From contig CP113000.1 in assembly GCA_026625185.1 (NCBI GenBank), forward strand, positions 2,445,622 to 2,477,621: 32,000 bases of DNA, read 5' to 3'. This document shows, piece after piece, positions 26,761 through 32,000 of the stretch. Position numbers and translations under genes: made by a program. The stretch is from Thermodesulfobacteriota bacterium (GTDB lineage: Bacteria; Desulfobacterota; WTBG01; JAGOGO01). Numbering within the stretch: position 1 is the stretch's first letter; the number at the start of each line of letters is the position of its first letter. A model generated the notes under the pieces. That model worked only from the letters and a program-made list of their open reading frames with translations, was not told the DNA's origin and made no database searches.

Positions 26761-28110
26761 TCAGCCCAGGACACTTTTTACGGCGTCAGCAATCTCTTTG
26801 CAGTACTTATCCGTAACTGACTCAGAAGGTCCCTCAACCATTACCCTGCACATGTTCTGGGTGCCGGAATACCGGACCAGAACACGGCCATCATCACCCA
26901 ATTCCTTCTCAACCTTCTCTATTATCTCCTTAATCTGAGGGACAGTTGAGATATCCGGTTTGCTCTTCACGTCCACATTGATCAGTTTCTGGGGATAAAT
27001 ATCCATCATCCGGGCAAGTTCTGACAGGGGTTTGCCTTTTCTGACCATTGCAGCGAGCAGCTGCAGAGCGGTGATGATACCGTCGCCGGTGGTGTGATGA
27101 TCAATAAAAATCACATGACCTGATTCTTCCCCGCCGATCACGCTACCCAGCTGTAACATGTCCTCCAGGACGTAACGGTCTCCGACTTTGGAGGCATGGT
27201 ATTTGAACCCATATTTTTTACAGGCAACCCTTAACCCAAGGTTGCTCATTACGGTGCTTACAAGAAGGTCATTTTTTAATTTACCCTGTTCCTTGAGAAT
27301 CGTTGCGCATATGAGCAAAATTTGATCGCCGCTTATTTCCTGTCCTTTTTCATCGACGGCTATCAGACGGTCACCATCGCCATCAAAGGCAAGGCCGATC
27401 GCGGCACCACATTCAACAACCTTTTTCCTCAGGTCCTGGGGATGTTGTGAACCACATTTATCATTTATGTTGATACCATTTGGGGTGTTGTGGATAACTT
27501 CTATTTCTGCGCCCAGTTCCCAGAAAGTTTCGGGGGCAACTTTATACGTGGCGCCATTGGCAGTATCGAGAACGATTTTCATTCCTTCAATAGATAAATC
27601 CCGGGGGAACGTGTTCTTTAAAAAGACAATATAACGGCCATTCACATCTTCCAGACGGAAAGCCTGCCCCATCTCATTGACGGGCGGCACCAGCCCGTGA
27701 AGAGTATTGCTCATTATCAGGTCTTCAATAGATTCTTCCTGCTCATCGGAGAGTTTGAAACCGCTGCCGGAAAAAATTTTTATGCCGTTATCTTGAAATG
27801 GATTATGCGAAGCCGAAATGACAATCCCCGCATTGGCCCGCATACTCTGGGCAGCGAATGCTATTCCCGGGGTCGGCAATACCCCAAGCAGATATGGATT
27901 TCCGCCCATTGAGGTTATCCCCGACTCCAGGGAACTCTCCAGCATATAGCCCGAAATACGCGTGTCTTTCCCGATAACTATTTTCGGGCGGGAGTGAGCC
28001 TTTTTTAAGATATAGACAACTGCTTGCCCTATGGTAAAAGCTATTTCTGCGTTCATCGGATACCGGTTTGCTTCTCCCCGGACACCATCGGTACCAAACA
28101 ATTTAGCCAT
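26761..28110 (-). CDS. glmM: phosphoglucosamine mutase
   Basis: The 449-aa ORF has MAKLFGTDGVRGEAN, the active-site loop GIVISASHNPFQDNGIK, the metal loop FDGDGDR and GGEESGH. Confidence 0.95.
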   Translation of the reverse strand: MAKLFGTDGVRGEANRYPMNAEIAFTIGQAVVYILKKAHSRPKIVIGKDTRISGYMLESSLESGITSMGGNPYLLGVLPTPGIAFAAQSMRANAGIVISASHNPFQDNGIKIFSGSGFKLSDEQEESIEDLIMSNTLHGLVPPVNEMGQAFRLEDVNGRYIVFLKNTFPRDLSIEGMKIVLDTANGATYKVAPETFWELGAEIEVIHNTPNGININDKCGSQHPQDLRKKVVECGAAIGLAFDGDGDRLIAVDEKGQEISGDQILLICATILKEQGKLKNDLLVSTVMSNLGLRVACKKYGFKYHASKVGDRYVLEDMLQLGSVIGGEESGHVIFIDHHTTGDGIITALQLLAAMVRKGKPLSELARMMDIYPQKLINVDVKSKPDISTVPQIKEIIEKVEKELGDDGRVLVRYSGTQNMCRVMVEGPSESVTDKYCKEIADAVKSVLG

Positions 28111-28146
28111 ATGCGTTCCCTCCTCTAATTATTGTATTTTAAGAAA

Positions 28147-29367
28147 TCATTTATCAAACACCTTAAGCGACGGAAGGATTGCTTTTGTCTTTTCGCAAAA
28201 ACAATCAACCACCCGCTGAAGCCATAATACGCCTTTCTCAGAAACATGAGCGGGTAACGCCTGTATAACAGCAATATAATGTGCCCCGCTTCCGCTCCCG
28301 GCTTTATCGAAAACAAAGAGAAAGTCATCGCGGTATTTCTCAACAAGATTATCCCTTATGCCTTCTGCAAACAACCCTTCTATTTCCGAAAACTTATCAT
28401 AGAACTGGTTCCTTCCAGCCGGGCCCTTTGTTTTTTCGGCCAGCATCTGCAAACGCTTCACCCGTTCTTTTTTCGCAAGGGTCAGTTTATCAAGCAACCC
28501 GGAAAAAATAAGCTGGCCGAATTCCTGTGAATCAAGAAATGCACGCCTCACATAAATATACCACTCCTCCAAGGCCATAAGATTTGCGATATACATAATA
28601 TTATTCTCTACTATCCGGCGAAGGTTGAAATAGGCTTTGGGCTTAAAACTAATCGATTTTCCGGAGGGTGTGTTCCCGACGATAAGTTTGTTGTCCTCAG
28701 TAAAATCTTTCCTCAGAACGGAGTTAGCCGCCACCACATTGCCGTATCCCATACGTAAAGGGCCGACGATGCCTCCTTGACCGCCAAGAAAGATGGCCGG
28801 CTGGTTAAGCATCACACCCCTTGGTACATCACCGATCAGTGATGCCGTTGTTTTGTCCCCATCCGGTGTAAAGTTAAAATGAATATAGGAACTGCCCACC
28901 TCACTGTGGTCCTTGCGGCTCCTACCTCCGGCCATTAAACAATCACAAAAATTGATCAGACTACCGAGGGTCACAAAAGGGAAAAGAATGGTCTGTTTTA
29001 AACCGACACAGTGCGCTCCGTTGGCCTCCTCTTCAAGGATACAGCCTTCACGTACGTGAGCCCCCAAACCCATATTTGCCTTTTCCAGAAAGACCGACTT
29101 GGTGAAATACCCGCCCTTCAGCTCAACCATTGGTCCTAACTGGCAATTTTCTATTGTAACCGGACCTTCGTATCCAATCTGCACCCCAGTTGACATGACA
29201 GTTTGCTCGCCATAAATTCTGCAGCCAGGATAAATCTTGACACCTTTTGCCGAGATTCGATCAACTCTTACCTCGTCGCCCAGATCTATGGTTGAGGGAT
29301 TTGGAATATCAATTCCTTTCTGCATCAACTGAACAACCTTATCATAGCACCGGGGTTGATTATCCAT
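28147..29367 (-). CDS. left-handed beta-helix (hexapeptide) acyltransferase-like protein resembling only the C-terminal domain of GlmU, with a long helical C-terminal extension
   Basis: This is a 406-aa ORF. Residues of about 20-240 parallel the GlmU acetyltransferase domain (GAHVREGCILEEEANGAHCVGLKQTILFP...SSYIHFNFTPDGDKTTASLIGDVPRGVMLNQPAIFLGGQGGIVGPLRMGYGNVVAANSVL). There is no N-terminal pyrophosphorylase domain. The last 170 aa or so are unassigned. The RBS is AAGGAGGAAAGG. Confidence 0.65.
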   Translation of the reverse strand: MDNQPRCYDKVVQLMQKGIDIPNPSTIDLGDEVRVDRISAKGVKIYPGCRIYGEQTVMSTGVQIGYEGPVTIENCQLGPMVELKGGYFTKSVFLEKANMGLGAHVREGCILEEEANGAHCVGLKQTILFPFVTLGSLINFCDCLMAGGRSRKDHSEVGSSYIHFNFTPDGDKTTASLIGDVPRGVMLNQPAIFLGGQGGIVGPLRMGYGNVVAANSVLRKDFTEDNKLIVGNTPSGKSISFKPKAYFNLRRIVENNIMYIANLMALEEWYIYVRRAFLDSQEFGQLIFSGLLDKLTLAKKERVKRLQMLAEKTKGPAGRNQFYDKFSEIEGLFAEGIRDNLVEKYRDDFLFVFDKAGSGSGAHYIAVIQALPAHVSEKGVLWLQRVVDCFCEKTKAILPSLKVFDK

Positions 29368-29440
29368 CCTTTCCTCCTTAAAGAAACTTGTGTATCAATA
29401 ACGCTATCATGATTGAATAGTTAGAATCAGTTAACCAACC

Positions 29441-29491
29441 AATTTCTTTCTTATTCTTTCTACTTGTTATCCCCTGTTAGGCATTTGCAAG
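29441..29491 (+). repeat. sequence related to the extreme right end of island E1
   Basis: AATTTCTTTCTTATTCTT (18/18), TGTTATCCC (9/9) and TTGCAAG are shared, colinearly, with 17306-17357, which abuts the tRNA fragment in E1. Confidence 0.55.
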
Positions 29492-29493
29492 CA

Positions 29494-29607
29494 ACTGATG
29501 GCAGAGCGCAGAAACTTCTTGATGTCTCGCTACTAAATCGCCTTGGCTGGAAGGCAAAAATCACCTTAAAGCAGAGTATCGCCACAACCTACGGTTGGTA
29601 TACGTAA
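29494..29607 (+). pseudogene. 3'-terminal fragment (about 37 codons) of a GDP-L-fucose synthase (fcl/wcaG)-like epimerase/reductase gene
   Basis: TDGRAQKLLDVSLLNRLGWKAKITLKQSIATTYGWYT* matches the conserved C-terminus (DGtPrKLlDvs.l..LGW......l..gi..TY.W) of Fcl enzymes. The rest of the gene is absent. Confidence 0.65.
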
Positions 29608-29666
29608 GCCGGTTAAGAGTATTAGAGGAAAAAACTCTTTAATGTCTCCTTCAACTATGCCACTTT

Positions 29667-32000
29667 CTACCGAAGTGAACTCAGCAGTTGCGCAGCGTCA
29701 TCTTTCCCATAAAATTTCTGGTTGCTGGCGAGAGCTTTTTGGAGATACTGTTTTGCTTCACTGGTTTTGCCGGTTTTTGCCAGGATGGCACCCATATGGT
29801 AATTGATGTCTGGATTATCGGGAGCTTTTTCAAGGGCGGTATGCATAAAACCCAGAGCCTGGTTAGTATCACCCATTTTAAAATAAATCCATCCCATGGT
29901 ATCAGTGATGCCGAATTCCCCGGGCCGTTCTTTAAGGGCGTTTTGGGCTAAGAGCAGAGCTTTTTCTAAATCAGATTTTTTCGAACTCTGCTCGGCCAGC
30001 AAAAAAGCCAGGTTATTTTCTGCTACCCAGAATTTTGGTATATTGGCAACCCCCTGTTCATAAACAGCAATTGCGTTCGGAAAGTCTTTTATCCCTTCAT
30101 AAACCTGGCCGAGTAATAAATAGGCCGCAGGGTTTTTCGGATTAGCCTTTAAAGCCGTCCGGAACTTCTCAATGGCAACATCGCTCTTTCGTTGAGCGAG
30201 ATAGAGCTGGGCGAGAGCATTATATGGATCCGACCATTGGGGCTTAATCTCGATTGCTTTTTGCAAGGCTTCTTCAGCCTGAGGATAATTCTTCTTGGCG
30301 GCATAGACCTGGCCGAGTAGGAAGTAGGAAGAAGCATCCTTGGGATTTTGATTAATCCGTCTCGTGCAGGTTGCCAGTGCTTCCGGATACTTTTCCTGGC
30401 GGAGATAAAGGCTAATGAGGGATTGCAGGATTAATGGTGCATTGGGATTAAGCTGATAGGCCTTTTCGGCTTCTGCAATTGCCTGGTCCCATTTTCCTTC
30501 TTTTTGATAAAGACCACTCAGCTTCAAGGGACCAAGAAAAAACCGGGGATCTTGCTCGCTGATGCTCTGGTATTCCTGTTCCGCCTGAGTGAGGTTACCC
30601 GCGGACACAAATACATCTCCCAGGTCTGCCCGCGCTTCAACATCCTTGGGCTTGGCATCTAAAATTTTCCGTAACTGGGTTTCCGCTTCCCGATAGTCCT
30701 TTTTTATAACCAACACCCGCGCAAGCATTCTCAGGACCTCCCGCGAATTGGGGTTGACTTTGAGCCCGTTTTTCAGGACATCAGCAGCGAGGTCTATCTC
30801 CTGGTTCAAAAGGTGGGCTTTTGCCAGGTTAACATATCCGGCCATAAATTCGGGTTTATCATTGACAATGGCGCGGAATGCTGCCACTGCTTTTTCCCCT
30901 TGGTTATCCCCGAGGTTGATGGTTCCGAGCATGAAGTTTGCGTCCAGATTGCGGGGAAATTCTTTGAGGACTTCATTGATAAACTTCTCTGCCTCATTGC
31001 GCTGTCCTTTCAGAAGATAGATTTTGGCCAGGGCGTTTTTGGTCTGAATAATCTCGGGATTGGCCGGATCCTTTTCTAATCCCAGACAGATATTCAGGGT
31101 GGCAATAGCATCAGCGGTTCGGTTCGTGTTCACATAAAGTTCACTCAGGGCCGAACGGAGTTTAAAGCTCTTTTCATTCTGTTTGATGCCGTCCTTTAGC
31201 TCCTGCTCAGCCTCAGGGAACATTTTTTTGGAAATATAAAATTTACTAACCAGAAGCCAATTGTCTTCTTTTTGCGGGTCAGCGGAAATTATCCCCTGGA
31301 GCAGTTCCCGGCCTTTTTCTTTTTGGTTGGTTGCCCAGTAAAGATTTGCCAGAGCAAGTTTATAAGACCCATTCTTAGGATCAAGCGCGATGATTTTTTG
31401 CAGACATCCAACTGCTTCCTCGGTTTTTCCCTGCTGGCCATAAAAGCCCGCCAGCACGGTCAGCAGAACTACTGACTTGGGGTTGGCTTCAACCCCTTTG
31501 CGAAGCCATTCTTCTGCCTTGGCTGGGTCGTTTTTTTGCTCATAGGCGGTAGCGAGTTGTGCGTATATTTCCGGCCCGGTGGCTTTCCGGTCCATTAGTT
31601 TTTGTAAAATCCCCATAGCCTCGTCAGGCTTTTTCTCCCGCAGGGCGACCGCGCTTTTAAGCAGCAGCGCTTCTTCATTCCCGGGGTTCTCTTTCAGGAC
31701 CAACTCGGCTTTTTCTAACGCTTTGTCATTCATCTGGGCGCCAAAAAAAAGTTTTCCTACCTGGATATGTGCGTCCCAATACTTAGGGTCAAGATCAGCG
31801 GCTTTCACAAAAAAACCGTAGGCCTTCTGGGGGATTCCTTTTTTTAGCTCCACCATGCCCAGCATATAATAGGCCTGGCTGAACTTTGGGTCAATCTGGA
31901 GAGCGTTTTTAAATTCCAGCCCCGCCTTTACATAATCGCCTTTTTCATACAACGACTTTCCTTTGTTGAAGAATTTCGTCTTTTTTTCTTCCGGACCGCC
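29667..32000 (-). CDS. large TPR-repeat protein, PrsT-like (PEP-CTERM system associated); N-terminus beyond window
   Basis: The open frame runs to the window edge with more than 15 tandem TPR units throughout. Its size and repeat style resemble the PrsT lipoproteins of PEP-CTERM/exosortase loci. The PrsT assignment is tentative. Confidence 0.7.
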   Translation of the reverse strand, partial: GGPEEKKTKFFNKGKSLYEKGDYVKAGLEFKNALQIDPKFSQAYYMLGMVELKKGIPQKAYGFFVKAADLDPKYWDAHIQVGKLFFGAQMNDKALEKAELVLKENPGNEEALLLKSAVALREKKPDEAMGILQKLMDRKATGPEIYAQLATAYEQKNDPAKAEEWLRKGVEANPKSVVLLTVLAGFYGQQGKTEEAVGCLQKIIALDPKNGSYKLALANLYWATNQKEKGRELLQGIISADPQKEDNWLLVSKFYISKKMFPEAEQELKDGIKQNEKSFKLRSALSELYVNTNRTADAIATLNICLGLEKDPANPEIIQTKNALAKIYLLKGQRNEAEKFINEVLKEFPRNLDANFMLGTINLGDNQGEKAVAAFRAIVNDKPEFMAGYVNLAKAHLLNQEIDLAADVLKNGLKVNPNSREVLRMLARVLVIKKDYREAETQLRKILDAKPKDVEARADLGDVFVSAGNLTQAEQEYQSISEQDPRFFLGPLKLSGLYQKEGKWDQAIAEAEKAYQLNPNAPLILQSLISLYLRQEKYPEALATCTRRINQNPKDASSYFLLGQVYAAKKNYPQAEEALQKAIEIKPQWSDPYNALAQLYLAQRKSDVAIEKFRTALKANPKNPAAYLLLGQVYEGIKDFPNAIAVYEQGVANIPKFWVAENNLAFLLAEQSSKKSDLEKALLLAQNALKERPGEFGITDTMGWIYFKMGDTNQALGFMHTALEKAPDNPDINYHMGAILAKTGKTSEAKQYLQKALASNQKFYGKDDAAQLLSSLR

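Noticed and set aside
29681-31821. Off-frame ORFs within the PrsT-like TPR gene and within 28125..28530 (LbH gene)
   Set aside because: They are nested in long, well-supported reading frames and have no independent support.

Overview
This is a low-GC bacterial chromosomal window. I cannot assign a taxon from the sequence alone; the gene content is consistent with an uncultivated anaerobe. The core backbone is clear. It contains serS, RNase P RNA, a coiled-coil/zinc-ribbon gene, tRNA-Met(CAU), the rpsU-dnaG-rpoD operon, two ABC permease genes, tRNA-Phe(GAA), a four-gene hexosamine operon around glmM, and a large PrsT-like TPR protein that runs off the right edge. Three accessory patches interrupt this backbone. 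(1) 1-3750 holds a BrnT/BrnA toxin-antitoxin pair with a frameshifted toxin, small GC-rich genes and glycosyltransferase genes, one of them carrying two in-frame TAG codons. (2) 13076-22772 is the most unusual region. The last 42 nt of tRNA-Phe recur twice more as direct repeats. These repeats delimit two tandem islands of about 4.2 and 5.3 kb that contain no recognisable integrase or transposase. Both islands start with a 1,613-bp module that is identical base for base (a DUF488 gene plus a 96-aa unknown gene). Both end with related noncoding arms built from two conserved sequence blocks. Their cargo differs: a Fur-family regulator plus a degenerate GGDEF protein in one, and a GC-rich NCS2 permease in the other. 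(3) 22773-24800 is a decayed zone with NorB and TPR gene fragments and an odd Tyr/Gly + Arg/Asp low-complexity lipoprotein. All homology statements come from reading the translated ORFs and recalling family motifs. No database search, folding or composition calculation was run.
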